Source: a virus
IMG/VR virus record: IMGVR_UViG_3300010232_000155
Reading direction: 5' to 3' (one strand)
DNA length: 64,000 nucleotides
Positions 1 through 9,973 of the stretch are shown here, piece after piece (the first letter of the stretch is position 1; each line of letters starts with the position of its first letter). The notes beneath the pieces are model-generated. The model worked only from the letters and a program-made list of their open reading frames with translations, searched no databases and had not been told where the DNA came from. Position numbers and translations under genes: made by a program.

Positions 1-238
1 TTAGAGATGGCTGTTCGAGACCTTCAGCTCTAAAGACTATTGCTACTTCGAGTGGCTCACCTCCTATTTCACCAGTTCCTTGTCCAAACTCTCCAATTAC
101 AAAGACTTGCCTCCCACGAATTAATTCTACTGGACCAGCTATGTCTCCACCTATGAGATTGTTCTGTGCTTCTACTATACCAGTAGTGATGAAATCTTCT
201 AGTTGATCGAGATTAGGATACTCCCAAATACCAGTCAT
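1..238 (-). CDS. Hypothetical protein, 3' end outside window; faint nucleotidyltransferase-like pattern
   Basis: Own translation MTGIWEYPNLDQLEDF...VFVIGEFGQG...LEVAIVF; ATGA overlap with the upstream ORF. Confidence 0.55.
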   Translation of the reverse strand, partial: MTGIWEYPNLDQLEDFITTGIVEAQNNLIGGDIAGPVELIRGRQVFVIGEFGQGTGEIGGEPLEVAIVFRAEGLEQPSL

Positions 239-348
239 TCGTGATCAGGGATATAACCGCAATTCTGACATTCTAACCAGAATCCTTCTGGTAAATACTC
301 TTTTTTCATCTTCCCCTTGCCACACTTCAAACACACGTCTCCTTTCAT
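235..348 (-). CDS. 37-aa zinc-ribbon protein (below ORF-track cutoff)
   Basis: MKGDVCLKCGKG...LECQNCGYIPDHE; two CxxC motifs; ATGA overlaps on both sides. Confidence 0.7.
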   Translation of the reverse strand: MKGDVCLKCGKGKMKKEYLPEGFWLECQNCGYIPDHE

Positions 349-1349
349 TGATCACCAGCAGTCATCACATCGCGCGTTTGATCCTCATCTCTATCGTGAA
401 CGTAACTGCCAATAGTCTGCGTATCTGGATCATGTAAGAGCTGTTGTCTCGCAATTACCTCTGGTGACTCTCCCTCCCAGTCTAAGTGTGTTGCCCTAGA
501 GTGTCTGAGTGACTTGGGAGTAATATTCTTATCAATACCAGCACGCTGTGCTATTTGCTTAATATTCTTATACACAGTATCATACGATACCCTGCCATGT
601 GACGTGGTAAAAATTGGTCTTACAGTCTCCTCTTCCCACTCCTCTTCAGCTTCTACTTCTTGCTCACCACGATACGTGTCCACGTAGTTAACGAGTGGTG
701 CTTTGACAGTGTTGAGCAGGTAGAACGTAGCTCTAAAGGTATCGTCCTTTTTTAGAATTGGGAATGTAATTTCATCTGCTTCTTCGTGTTCACACTCATC
801 ACAGACTAATCGCTTGTACTCGCTTTCTACAGAGTGGAGTGTTCCAAGTTCATCATTTGAATCTGCTCGACACTCTGGACACATATTACCATCGTCAAAA
901 CTGGTAAACGAGACATCATCCATGTTAAGTCTAATAATCTCACCAGGTCTGCGAGCATACCTATACATCATCTCGATAATTACTCGCTCACGTTGGGAGT
1001 AGGCTTTTAGTCTAACCTCGTTAAGTTCTTCTCTAAGTAAGAAATCGCCATGATCTGTATCTCCAGAAGGTATCCAATCACTAATATGATCTATTTGATC
1101 AGCACCTCCCTTCATCCTTCTAAAATAATACCTGACTGCTTTATAATACTGCCTGATAGTACCAGATTTAATTTGATCGTCCTCGTATAGTTCGATGAGA
1201 TCATCAATCCATTCTTCCACATCTTGTACTGTTGGCTCTCCTGAAACGCTGGCTTCTTTTTCAAACCGTTTGAGGGCAGATACTCTGGATTTTACAGTGC
1301 TATCAGAAACATTCTGCCGGTCTCGTCTCTTGTATGCTTTAAAGTCCAT
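345..1349 (-). CDS. Tyrosine recombinase/integrase with inserted Zn-ribbon
   Basis: Catalytic pattern R (YARRPGE), HxxR region (KSLRHSRATHL), H (LLHDP), Y (IGSYVH); CPEC...CDEC insertion. Confidence 0.92.
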   Translation of the reverse strand: MDFKAYKRRDRQNVSDSTVKSRVSALKRFEKEASVSGEPTVQDVEEWIDDLIELYEDDQIKSGTIRQYYKAVRYYFRRMKGGADQIDHISDWIPSGDTDHGDFLLREELNEVRLKAYSQRERVIIEMMYRYARRPGEIIRLNMDDVSFTSFDDGNMCPECRADSNDELGTLHSVESEYKRLVCDECEHEEADEITFPILKKDDTFRATFYLLNTVKAPLVNYVDTYRGEQEVEAEEEWEEETVRPIFTTSHGRVSYDTVYKNIKQIAQRAGIDKNITPKSLRHSRATHLDWEGESPEVIARQQLLHDPDTQTIGSYVHDRDEDQTRDVMTAGDQ

Positions 1350-1493
1350 TATAATCCTCCATGTCAGAGTCCTTATCGTGATCGTCTCTCACTACAATTT
1401 TATCACAGATCCAGCAGTAATGTTGTTTCTCCTGATTCGCCATGCTAGATTTTACGACCGTAAAACATATAAGGCTTGTGCCCGTATGTTGTG

Positions 1494-2507
1494 ATGATGA
1501 CAGATATGGACTTCTCATACATTAGAAAAAACCCAGATTATGTTGATCTACTCAGAAAGGTAATCAGGTATGAGGAGGAGAACGAAGAACCCGAGCGTCA
1601 TTATGTTCAAGATACTGATCATAAGTCTTTTTGGGAAGTGAAAGATGTTAGAGTTAATCCTTCCAGGGTCTATCAATTGGAGATGAATGGTTTTATTGAC
1701 AGGGTGTATGATAGTAATAGTAAGACTGTCTATACTACTGCAGATAGGCAGAAAATCAAGAGTGAACTCCAAGCTGGTGCTACTTCGACTAATGGAATCA
1801 GAGATGAGGCTCATACGTTCCCAGATAGTCTAGATGAACTACCAGATACACTCTTTGAAGAAGTAATCGGGTATGATGATCTTAAGTGGATGCTTGAGAG
1901 AGGTCTTACTACTGATGATATTACTAATTTCTTATTCTTGGGACCACCGGGTAGTGCCAAGTCAGTATTTCTCCTAGCACTAAACTCAGCATTTGAAAAT
2001 GCAGAGTATATTGTCGCTTCTGATGCTACGTCTGCAGGTGTTATGGAAGTAATGTTCCAGAAGAATCCTGAGTTGATGCTCATTGACGAGTTTGATGATA
2101 TGGATAAGGATGATCAGTCAGCTTTTGCCTCGTATACTGAAACGGGTATTCTCAAGGAGACTAAGTACAATAAGACTCGTGAACTGAAGACTAATGCTAA
2201 AACATTTGCTGCTGCTAATAATAAGTCTGATATAAAGAATAATATTATAGATCGGTTTAACGTACTTGAGTTTGATGCGTATACTAAGGAAGAATTTACA
2301 GAGATCTGTATTCACTTATTACCCATGAAGGAGGATAAGGGTGAGGTAGAATCACAAAAGATAGCAGAAGCTGTTTGGGATTATACTGGTCGCGGTGACG
2401 TGAGACAGGCGATACAGATAGCTCGCTTGTCGAGAGGTGATCCTGATAAGGTTATGGAAGTATTGGAAAAGTACTCACAAGCAGATGGTATTATGGAACC
2501 TCTCTAG
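1494..2507 (+). CDS. AAA+ ATPase (MCM/RuvB-like core) with N-terminal winged-helix-like region
   Basis: Walker A GPPGSAKS, Walker B LMLIDEFDDM, FAAAN sensor, IIDRF arginine finger; TATA-like CATATAAG at 1466-1473 favours ATG at 1494/1497. Confidence 0.85.
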   Translation: MMTDMDFSYIRKNPDYVDLLRKVIRYEEENEEPERHYVQDTDHKSFWEVKDVRVNPSRVYQLEMNGFIDRVYDSNSKTVYTTADRQKIKSELQAGATSTNGIRDEAHTFPDSLDELPDTLFEEVIGYDDLKWMLERGLTTDDITNFLFLGPPGSAKSVFLLALNSAFENAEYIVASDATSAGVMEVMFQKNPELMLIDEFDDMDKDDQSAFASYTETGILKETKYNKTRELKTNAKTFAAANNKSDIKNNIIDRFNVLEFDAYTKEEFTEICIHLLPMKEDKGEVESQKIAEAVWDYTGRGDVRQAIQIARLSRGDPDKVMEVLEKYSQADGIMEPL

Positions 2508-2839
2508 ACATCCCAATTGGAAACATCTCCCCAGCCTTCCTCCCAGTTCTCTTTCCATCTCGTTGAACTGTTTCTAGTATTGACTTCCCAAATGGTGGAG
2601 TCAGTATCTAGGTCATCACTATTTTTATACTCTTCCCAGCCATTCTCCCATCCTTCTGACCAGACTTCGCCAATGTCATCAGTATTCTCTACTCCAGCTC
2701 GTCGTAGTCCCCGCTCCCAACGTCTACCAAAAACTACGCCTACTGATCTCTCAACGCCATTACTCCAGCTTGAGCTATCAATACTGTCTCTGAAATTATC
2801 CTCTGCTTGTGGATTAAGCTCGTCTAAATCTACTGCCAT
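2504..2839 (-). CDS. Trp-rich acidic helical protein, paralogue of the next ORF; candidate virion protein
   Basis: Ends WGDVSNWDV; periodic Trp. Confidence 0.7.
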   Translation of the reverse strand: MAVDLDELNPQAEDNFRDSIDSSSWSNGVERSVGVVFGRRWERGLRRAGVENTDDIGEVWSEGWENGWEEYKNSDDLDTDSTIWEVNTRNSSTRWKENWEEGWGDVSNWDV

Positions 2840-2879
2840 TGTAGTAAAAAGTACTGTTGGATGATCTGCTTAAGCTACT

Positions 2880-3158
2880 TCAGATGTCCCAGTTGTCCAC
2901 GTCGCCCCAACCGTCGGCCCACGCTTGGGCGGTGGTGTTATCGTCGTACTCGGTGGCATCTTCTTGGGAGACCTCGTACTCTTCTGCCCAGATCGAGCCA
3001 TCGAGCTGATCGGTGTTTTCGAGGTCCGTATTGTCCTCTAAGCCGGTGACCCAATCATCACCGTCGATCTCAGCATCATTAGCCTCGCTGTACCACTCGT
3101 CTCCATCAGTATTGTTCGCGTACCTCTGAGCCGCAGAGTCACTTGCGTTGACAGCCAT
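2880..3158 (-). CDS. Trp-rich acidic helical protein with internal duplication; candidate virion protein
   Basis: Ends WGDVDNWDI; starts MAV like its neighbour. Confidence 0.7.
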   Translation of the reverse strand: MAVNASDSAAQRYANNTDGDEWYSEANDAEIDGDDWVTGLEDNTDLENTDQLDGSIWAEEYEVSQEDATEYDDNTTAQAWADGWGDVDNWDI

Positions 3159-3248
3159 CTTAGTTCACCTACACCCGGACACAGACATTCCACAAGTATA
3201 AAGTTACCCCTTACCAGCGACAGCACTACTGAAACGTACTTATATGGA

Positions 3249-3635
3249 CTAAGTGCGAGTCCCCATTCTTACTTGTTTCTTGAGTATATTAACAATGTAA
3301 TGTTGAGCTGTTAGAGCAAATTCTTCTCCAAAGAGGTCAGCAACATCTTCAAATTCTTCCAACATTTCAGTTCCTTCATTCATCCTCCTCAAAGAGATCC
3401 GTCTCTGTACTTCCTCCAGTTTCTCCTCCTGTCTCCTCTGTATTTTCTGCTTCTCCTCCGTTAGATCCGGTTTGTTCTCCTCCTCCTTCTCGTCCCACTT
3501 CGGTATCTCCACGTTCTCCCACTCTGCTTGATTCATCGTCAGCTCCTCCTCCCCCTCGGTCAGATACTTCTCCGTGGCTGACTTCCCCCGATTCTTCTCC
3601 CTGAACTCCTCTGGTATCTCCGGTTCCTCGCTCAT
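3249..3635 (-). CDS. Hypothetical acidic/coiled-coil protein
   Basis: 128-aa ORF, Glu/Lys rich. Confidence 0.7.
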   Translation of the reverse strand: MSEEPEIPEEFREKNRGKSATEKYLTEGEEELTMNQAEWENVEIPKWDEKEEENKPDLTEEKQKIQRRQEEKLEEVQRRISLRRMNEGTEMLEEFEDVADLFGEEFALTAQHYIVNILKKQVRMGTRT

Positions 3636-4020
3636 TGCTTACGTCCTGGATGTTAAGTTCATCGAGTGCTGATTGTACGAGAACATCTGTTTCGTTAAGT
3701 GACGTAATATCATCAGCAAACTGCTCGAACTTGAACGGATCAAGATCACCTACTTCTATGCCCAGCTCATCAGCAGCTGATTCCTGCATACCGTCAACTA
3801 GATCATCCCTGGCCTGCTGCTTGTCAACACGACTATCCGATTTGACGATACTGCCGATCAGTTCACCAAGCTCGTTAGAGACATCATCGCCAGATTGACG
3901 CCGGTCCCTGATACGCTCGATAACAGGTGCTCTGTCCCTAACTACTGGGATGATCGGATCATCACTATCTAGAACTCGGAAATCCCTATCAATAATAGGC
4001 ATTATTGGTTCAGTCTCCAT
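3376..4020 (-). CDS. Hypothetical acidic protein; C-terminal Gly/Glu tail overlaps the next gene by 260 nt
   Basis: 214-aa ORF, acidic helical N-terminal half. Confidence 0.65.
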   Translation of the reverse strand: METEPIMPIIDRDFRVLDSDDPIIPVVRDRAPVIERIRDRRQSGDDVSNELGELIGSIVKSDSRVDKQQARDDLVDGMQESAADELGIEVGDLDPFKFEQFADDITSLNETDVLVQSALDELNIQDVSNERGTGDTRGVQGEESGEVSHGEVSDRGGGGADDESSRVGERGDTEVGREGGGEQTGSNGGEAENTEETGGETGGSTETDLFEEDE

Positions 4021-4133
4021 CGCAGTTCACGCACTATCTGCTTCCGTTCTTTCGGCAAGATCATCGGTTCACGATCTAGGACTGCTGGTCCTGTTCTTTC
4101 ATCAGGTTCTCTGAATAGTTTTCTATCTGCCAT
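4002..4133 (-). CDS. 43-aa hypothetical protein
   Basis: MADRKLFREPDERTGPAVLDREPMILPKERKQIVRELRWRLNQ; TATA-like TTTTTAA about 27 nt upstream. Confidence 0.45.
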   Translation of the reverse strand: MADRKLFREPDERTGPAVLDREPMILPKERKQIVRELRWRLNQ

Positions 4134-4178
4134 GTGCAATGCCTCATAAGGAGCCGGGGGTTAAAAAGGTTACCGTAC

Positions 4179-5114
4179 CTACGCGAAGTAAAGCCACTCT
4201 CCAAAGAGGATTCTGAGCCATACGAGCCCCCATCCAAAACTACCCACCAATAACAGAATCATACTGCTAAGATCAATAAACGACAAGGATGCTACTAGTG
4301 TAAAACTGACAATAAACAATTCCCTAATCGTGATCTTACGCTTGGCTACTGATGGTTGGTACTCACCATCGACTGCAGTGATAACTAAATACGAGATAAA
4401 CATGCTGACTATAATCGCTATTGCAGAGTAATAAATAAAATCAGCCATTGCTGCGATGAATAATAATTCTACCAGTGTAATAGTATACCATAAGGATTCA
4501 AACCGTGGTGTAATAACACCAGGTCTGCAATTTAGTAATCGTGGTATCGATGGTTCCCCGGCATGTAAGTCCTTGAGATCACCAGCAATAGTCATTAATA
4601 GCATATGAATAAATAATATTACAGCGAGATCTACAGTACTAGTCGTTGGAGTGCCTGCAGTTAATGCTCCAGTTAGTACGATAAAGATCCCCCATAGTCC
4701 CAGAATGAATGATGAAAACCGAGACTGCTTAGACGTGATATTGTAAATAATCCCAATAATAACTGCGACAAGATATGATAATTGTGCTAAATACGGTAGG
4801 ATGAATATTGTTAAAAATAATGAGACAAAGATCAATGCTAGTGAACCAATAGCAGCCTCGTATCGTCCTATTATTCCAGAGACGAGTGGCTTATCATTAT
4901 TCTTGTGATCTGTATCATACTCATAATCATAAACATCGTTCAGTGCATAGACTCCCAAGTGTCCAATACTAACAATGATCAGTAGTGGGATCACATCACT
5001 AGCTAGTATAGTCTCTGCTACTGTCCCATACGCGAGGAGGATGGTAATAATACTAACTGGGAGTGATTGTACTCTGGTTAGTATGAGCCAATTCTTGAAA
5101 TACTCAACGTCCAT
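4179..5114 (-). CDS. UbiA-family prenyltransferase (copy 1)
   Basis: Multi-pass membrane protein; NDxxDxxxD (ALNDVYDYEYD) followed by KPLVSGII; second motif GDLKDLHAGE. Confidence 0.85.
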   Translation of the reverse strand: MDVEYFKNWLILTRVQSLPVSIITILLAYGTVAETILASDVIPLLIIVSIGHLGVYALNDVYDYEYDTDHKNNDKPLVSGIIGRYEAAIGSLALIFVSLFLTIFILPYLAQLSYLVAVIIGIIYNITSKQSRFSSFILGLWGIFIVLTGALTAGTPTTSTVDLAVILFIHMLLMTIAGDLKDLHAGEPSIPRLLNCRPGVITPRFESLWYTITLVELLFIAAMADFIYYSAIAIIVSMFISYLVITAVDGEYQPSVAKRKITIRELFIVSFTLVASLSFIDLSSMILLLVGSFGWGLVWLRILFGEWLYFA

Positions 5115-5574
5115 ACGTTATTACCATCTCATGATCGGTTTCACTTGGTAGTCTGACAGCTCCTTCGATGAAGTTAATACACGTCCTAGCTGGAGAGTAT
5201 AGTTTCTTCTTCTTATGATGCCCGATGTATATTGGTCGTACTAGGGCTCTCGCACGAACGTGTAATGCCTCGGCATATGCTTGATCATTATTCTGCATAT
5301 ACTCCATATACTTTGCTTCAAACCCCGTTGTCGCCCAACCAGATCCAGCTTCCCTACTATCTCCAGTCTCTAATACGTCATCCCAGTAATTATTAGGTGG
5401 TTTTAGATCTGTTAAGTACATATCGACGTGATCAAGTATTTCTTGAGTTGGATAATTACCAATATAATAGATCATGGCATTTTCAGGTTTATCAGGTATC
5501 CCAGCAACTATTTCTCTATCATGCGTGAATCGTAGTTCGGGTTCATCGTTCTGCTCTGTTTCAAATAGTTTCAT
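5104..5574 (-). CDS. DUF488/YeaO-like protein
   Basis: VDMYLTDLKPP...FEAKYMEYM...IYIGHHKK pattern resembles YeaO; start moved to MKLF by ATGA overlap with UbiA copy 2. Confidence 0.45.
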   Translation of the reverse strand: MKLFETEQNDEPELRFTHDREIVAGIPDKPENAMIYYIGNYPTQEILDHVDMYLTDLKPPNNYWDDVLETGDSREAGSGWATTGFEAKYMEYMQNNDQAYAEALHVRARALVRPIYIGHHKKKKLYSPARTCINFIEGAVRLPSETDHEMVITYGR

Positions 5575-6560
5575 ACTCTTGGTCCAATTAATGAGCCCCA
5601 CAGAGCCTTGTTGCCTATTACAACCCAGAGTATAGACCCGAGTGATAATAAGACTACTGCTATTGTCTTAAACATATGAGCATGTATGATTATGAATATC
5701 AGCAGTGTCCATATTTCGATCATACTTATTGTCCTGATCCGTGCTGGTCTCCGATCTTGTGCGTAGAACATATCTGTCAAGAGTTGATCAGTAGAATAGA
5801 TAAGAGCTATCAAGAGTGGTATTAGTGCAAATTGTATAAGAGTTTGCTCAGTTAAGTATAGTATTAATAGTGCAGTACTAATTGTAATCAGTTTGAGTGA
5901 ATATCCATATACTCGTAGTCTTATATCGTATATTATCTTGCCATCAGAGTGTATTTTAGTAATAAAACGAGATACAATGTTTTCCTCGTCTTGAGTTATA
6001 TCCTTGATCTCGCCACTAATACTAATCTCGAACACATACCAGGTGAATACATAAGTCGCACTGAGTATGAATATAATGTTAGATGGAGAACCGCCGAGTG
6101 CAATAAATGGAGCAATGAATACTGTCGTATGTGCTATAGAGATAAAGATAAACTTGAACTGAGTTTTCTTGCCATAGTAATTGTAGAGGAAACCATTAAT
6201 TGCTCCAATAATAAGTACTCCAGCAGCTATTGGTGAATCGCTAACTAGGTAGATCACATATAATAATAATACGAGTCCTAACGAGTAGTTGAAAATCTTA
6301 GCGTCAAACTCTGTTAGTTTACCACTATTGAGCGGATGGTGCATCTTATGCTCATCATCTGTGTCATAGCCTTTCTGCCAATCTGCTAGACTATTGTTGC
6401 TGTAACCAAAACTATGATAGAGGAGTCCAAACAATCCCCATTGAGCTACTGGAATAGTAAAAATAGATCCTGTGGCTAGTCCAGCTCCAATAATAGCAGG
6501 TATTGTCTCTAAGGGAGAGCTATGGAACCTACACAATTGTAAATATGGTTTAATTCTCAT
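5571..6560 (-). CDS. UbiA-family prenyltransferase (copy 2, MenA-like first motif)
   Basis: Multi-pass membrane protein; NNSLADWQKGYD...HPLNSGKL; second motif GEIKDITQDE. Confidence 0.8.
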   Translation of the reverse strand: MRIKPYLQLCRFHSSPLETIPAIIGAGLATGSIFTIPVAQWGLFGLLYHSFGYSNNSLADWQKGYDTDDEHKMHHPLNSGKLTEFDAKIFNYSLGLVLLLYVIYLVSDSPIAAGVLIIGAINGFLYNYYGKKTQFKFIFISIAHTTVFIAPFIALGGSPSNIIFILSATYVFTWYVFEISISGEIKDITQDEENIVSRFITKIHSDGKIIYDIRLRVYGYSLKLITISTALLILYLTEQTLIQFALIPLLIALIYSTDQLLTDMFYAQDRRPARIRTISMIEIWTLLIFIIIHAHMFKTIAVVLLSLGSILWVVIGNKALWGSLIGPRV

Positions 6561-6566
6561 TTGCTT

Positions 6567-6698
6567 TTAACTGTTGTCAGAAACGTGTTCTATGATCTCT
6601 AGTTTTATAAAATCCCCCTCGTCTATATCATACTCATCTCTGACTGCAACTGGGATGCTAATTCTATGCTGTGTTTGTACTCGGGCCGTGAACTCCAT
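6567..6698 (-). CDS. AbrB/SpoVT/MazE-like DNA-binding protein, 43 aa (below track cutoff)
   Basis: MEFTARVQTQHRISIPVAVRDEYDIDEGDFIKLEII matches the AbrB pattern. Confidence 0.75.
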   Translation of the reverse strand: MEFTARVQTQHRISIPVAVRDEYDIDEGDFIKLEIIEHVSDNS

Positions 6699-6737
6699 AT
6701 ACCAAATATGGTAACTCTACCACATAAACCTTTGGTA

Positions 6738-7988
6738 TCACCAGTCTTCAGACATTCTCATTGTAGCTAGAGCTGAGCCTGATCCTTCAATACCATACGC
6801 TAATAATGAGACTATATTATTCTGACCAAAAGCAATACTAGGCTCTACCCTCGTTGAGCCCTGAGCAGTACCCGTACTTCCAGCATTGAGATGATCTTCA
6901 AACTGCTTAGTACCATCGCCAATACCATCAAACGAACCATCAAATGATACTTCTAAGAGTGTCTCATCTGGGTTAGTAAGAGATGGATTTTGAAAGTTTA
7001 ATCCACTCACGTTAGCCTTGACCACGATAGCATATTTAGAGGTTATACCAGCACTCCACGTTATTCCTTGAACATCGAGCCTTGCATTAGCCTCGTCAGA
7101 TTGTTTTCTCCTCCACGACATTACGTGACCCCAAGAGCTATCAGGTACAGTAATACCACTCTTAGTCTCCGAGGTAGTTCTATCTTCCTCTGGTTCTTGA
7201 CCAAATACGGAGAATTGCCTGCCTCCTATTCTAACTCTAATATCTTCCTTGGAGTTTTGATTATCAGCTTCAACTCTAATAGGCTGATTGGGATCCGAGG
7301 TTGTAGCCTCTTGATTAACCGTAAGTGCATGGAGTCTTATTGTTTTCTGCTTTGGATCTGCAGGTGACTCAGTATTAGCAGACTGCTGTACGATCTTGAA
7401 TATAATAATACCATACCCATACCAACTGAAGTCAATTTGAAAAATGGCACCATCAGTTATATCCCACTCGAATCCCAACGCTTCTTCAATACTCGCACCA
7501 TTCCAATTAGACCTATAAACTCTGCCGAGTTCTACACCAAAATCAATTCTTGCGACAAATAATTCCTGTTGATCTCCATCATAACCGAAATAGTATCCAT
7601 TATTATCATCATAATAACCCCACAGAACTTCACCATTGTTAGGGATTTCTGGGAATCTAATACCGAGTCCTGCTTGTGCAGAGAAACCAGGTGTGTATCT
7701 GCCATAAGAGGCTGATGATAATGTTATTGTAGAACCTTCATCAGTACCAGTTGCTAGTTCTATTTCACCACTATCAGCTGGATCTTTAGATATTGAACCA
7801 GATCCCGTAAAATCTATATCATCCCGTATCACTGAAGTACCAAACGAAGAGGTAGAATCCACGAGGCTCCTTCTCTCAATAGTAGCTGTATCATCAAAAA
7901 GAGATGTTGGATCGCCTATTCCGATTTTATCTAGCTTATCTAAAATTAATTCGAGTTTGCGAATTACTTCTGGATTACTAGTACTCAT
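6738..7988 (-). CDS. Beta-rich putative virion structural protein
   Basis: 416 aa, Gly/Ser/Thr rich with alternating beta pattern (WGYYDDNNGYYFGYDG); lies in the structural gene run. Confidence 0.6.
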   Translation of the reverse strand: MSTSNPEVIRKLELILDKLDKIGIGDPTSLFDDTATIERRSLVDSTSSFGTSVIRDDIDFTGSGSISKDPADSGEIELATGTDEGSTITLSSASYGRYTPGFSAQAGLGIRFPEIPNNGEVLWGYYDDNNGYYFGYDGDQQELFVARIDFGVELGRVYRSNWNGASIEEALGFEWDITDGAIFQIDFSWYGYGIIIFKIVQQSANTESPADPKQKTIRLHALTVNQEATTSDPNQPIRVEADNQNSKEDIRVRIGGRQFSVFGQEPEEDRTTSETKSGITVPDSSWGHVMSWRRKQSDEANARLDVQGITWSAGITSKYAIVVKANVSGLNFQNPSLTNPDETLLEVSFDGSFDGIGDGTKQFEDHLNAGSTGTAQGSTRVEPSIAFGQNNIVSLLAYGIEGSGSALATMRMSEDW

Positions 7989-8503
7989 TATTGCTCTGCT
8001 TCCAGTCTTATTAATTTGAATGTCGTGTTATCATTTTCAGGTCTGATAAGAACGTTAAGGCGTTCTCTAAAGTCATAGTCTGCTACGTGGACAACGTAAT
8101 TATCATCCTTATCTCGATAGGCACCTATTCTGGATAATTCTGTAGACATATCCGAAATATAACTATATGCATCATCGATAATATCATGCTCATCAATCTC
8201 TACTTTAACACTAAAATTAGAATCTTCTGCTATTAGTACAAAGTCTACAAGAGTGCCTGACTGTTTAATAGGCAATTCTTGCATACTACCGATCTCATCC
8301 TCGGCACTAGGCTGGTTGAAAACACCAGCTTTCAGAGTAACATCCTGCTCCTCGATAAAGAAAACGTCACTTGGCTCTGATTCTTGCTGTTCTAACAATA
8401 CACGACCCGACTCGGTATCATCCTCTTCTTCATCTTCTCTTACTGGCGATTGTGATTCCCTCGTCAGGATGTATTCTAGGATTATTTCATCTTCACTCGT
8501 CAT
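7988..8503 (-). CDS. Hypothetical protein, possible beta-sandwich structural protein
   Basis: 171-aa acidic ORF coupled to its neighbours. Confidence 0.65.
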   Translation of the reverse strand: MTSEDEIILEYILTRESQSPVREDEEEDDTESGRVLLEQQESEPSDVFFIEEQDVTLKAGVFNQPSAEDEIGSMQELPIKQSGTLVDFVLIAEDSNFSVKVEIDEHDIIDDAYSYISDMSTELSRIGAYRDKDDNYVVHVADYDFRERLNVLIRPENDNTTFKLIRLEAEQ

Positions 8504-8687
8504 TGATACCCTTGATTATCTCGACACTCTCAATATTACCATGCTCGTTTCTAATTACATTATACTCTTTCACACTAAACGATTCACGATCCTCGCTCTC
8601 GTCTGCTAATTCTATTATCGTATTCAGTATGGGAAACGGCCAGATTTCGAGTGGTCCTCTGATCTTATTCATACTAATGTTCTCCAT
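8493..8687 (-). CDS. Small hypothetical protein
   Basis: 64-aa acidic ORF filling the gap in the operon. Confidence 0.55.
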   Translation of the reverse strand: MENISMNKIRGPLEIWPFPILNTIIELADESEDRESFSVKEYNVIRNEHGNIESVEIIKGINDE

Positions 8688-9304
8688 TTAACGTTTTGCT
8701 TGCCGGGTAATTCCTCGTCAAACTCATCAAACCACATCTGTCTGAAATCGCGTACTCCAAGTCGTCCTGAAACTCCAGGTTGTGCAACATGGCGTGCTGG
8801 TTGCAGCCATGCTGATACCTCCTTATGACATGCAAGGATGATCGAATCATTCACATCATACAGGACTACGTGATACTGGTTTTTAAGCCTTTTCCAAAAC
8901 GTAGGCTGAGCAGAGATCTGTGGTACGTCTAATCGACTACCATCCTCAGTAATAAACTGCCTCGCATACGATGCATCATCGGGACCATACTCATCAGTTA
9001 CCTCGACATATGCAGTCGGATTTGAGCGCATCCCGATCTGGAGGAGTCTATTCGTTACGTCATCGATAGTCGCTCCTGGGACTTCACCAGCGTAGTACTC
9101 GTTCAAGTCAATATCTACAGTTGGATAGTATCTCAAACGGAGTTCTTGTGCAAGATCACCTCTCTTGATCTTGTTAGTAACTTGTACGTCTGGAATATCA
9201 TCGCGTTCGAGTGCAGGAGATTTAGTATCCCCAAGTATAGAGGATTTTAATCCTCTACTCCTGCTTATCCAGAGTCGTGCCTTATTCTTATACGGTGTTG
9301 CCAT
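8669..9304 (-). CDS. Hypothetical protein
   Basis: 211-aa globular-looking ORF. Confidence 0.7.
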   Translation of the reverse strand: MATPYKNKARLWISRSRGLKSSILGDTKSPALERDDIPDVQVTNKIKRGDLAQELRLRYYPTVDIDLNEYYAGEVPGATIDDVTNRLLQIGMRSNPTAYVEVTDEYGPDDASYARQFITEDGSRLDVPQISAQPTFWKRLKNQYHVVLYDVNDSIILACHKEVSAWLQPARHVAQPGVSGRLGVRDFRQMWFDEFDEELPGKQNVKWRTLV

Positions 9305-9685
9305 CTAGCTCAGAGCGGGGATGTCAGCAGGGATCGTGCCATCTTCTCTCTTCTGGTCCCAACTACAAGAAGTACGACTATTCTCATCGTGATCGCAATT
9401 GTGATACCCGATCCTGTACCAAAAAGTACCGGCACCAACGAGTCTCGTTTCCAGATCATCTAGTATGGCTGTTGCACTACTGTCTTGAATATACCGATAA
9501 TCACCGCGAACGTAATCCGTCCCACTACCATCAACTGCTGTATTAGCATCGTTCATCGTATGATCTACTGGATCATTATCCCACTCGTTAAAATTCTGCT
9601 TCCAAAGATCAATAGCATCGAGTGGAGCTTGACCTTGATTTGCCTCGATGAATACTCTCACACAATGTACTGCCATGTTCGGCAA
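9305..9685 (-). CDS. Hypothetical protein with His/Cys cluster
   Basis: 126 aa; YHNCDHDE...C possible metal site. Confidence 0.7.
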   Translation of the reverse strand: MPNMAVHCVRVFIEANQGQAPLDAIDLWKQNFNEWDNDPVDHTMNDANTAVDGSGTDYVRGDYRYIQDSSATAILDDLETRLVGAGTFWYRIGYHNCDHDENSRTSCSWDQKREDGTIPADIPALS

Positions 9686-9730
9686 TTATAGTCCCTTATA
9701 GTTAATACTTGTTACTGAAATCTTATACGA

Positions 9731-9973
9731 TTATGGATCTCCATTATTTTCGAGAGCATTTACTACTATGTAGATCTCACCGAACAGTATTAGGAATACA
9801 GCTGCAATCTTGAGTGCTGGTTCAAAAATACTCCCAAAGTCTAATAATACAGCAGTACCAAGGATGAATAATATTCTCGATTCAAAAGTAGCATCATCCA
9901 CGAATATTCTTAAATACCATGCTGCTGAAATGCCGAACACTGCTGTTGGCAGGAATACTGCTGAGTTAGTCAT
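9731..9973 (-). CDS. Small membrane protein (about 3 TM)
   Basis: Hydrophobic segments over 80 aa. Confidence 0.65.
   Translation of the reverse strand: MTNSAVFLPTAVFGISAAWYLRIFVDDATFESRILFILGTAVLLDFGSIFEPALKIAAVFLILFGEIYIVVNALENNGDP

Noticed and set aside
345-1349. attL/attR or attP site for the integrase
   Set aside because: No duplicated tRNA 3' end or host-virus junction visible in the window
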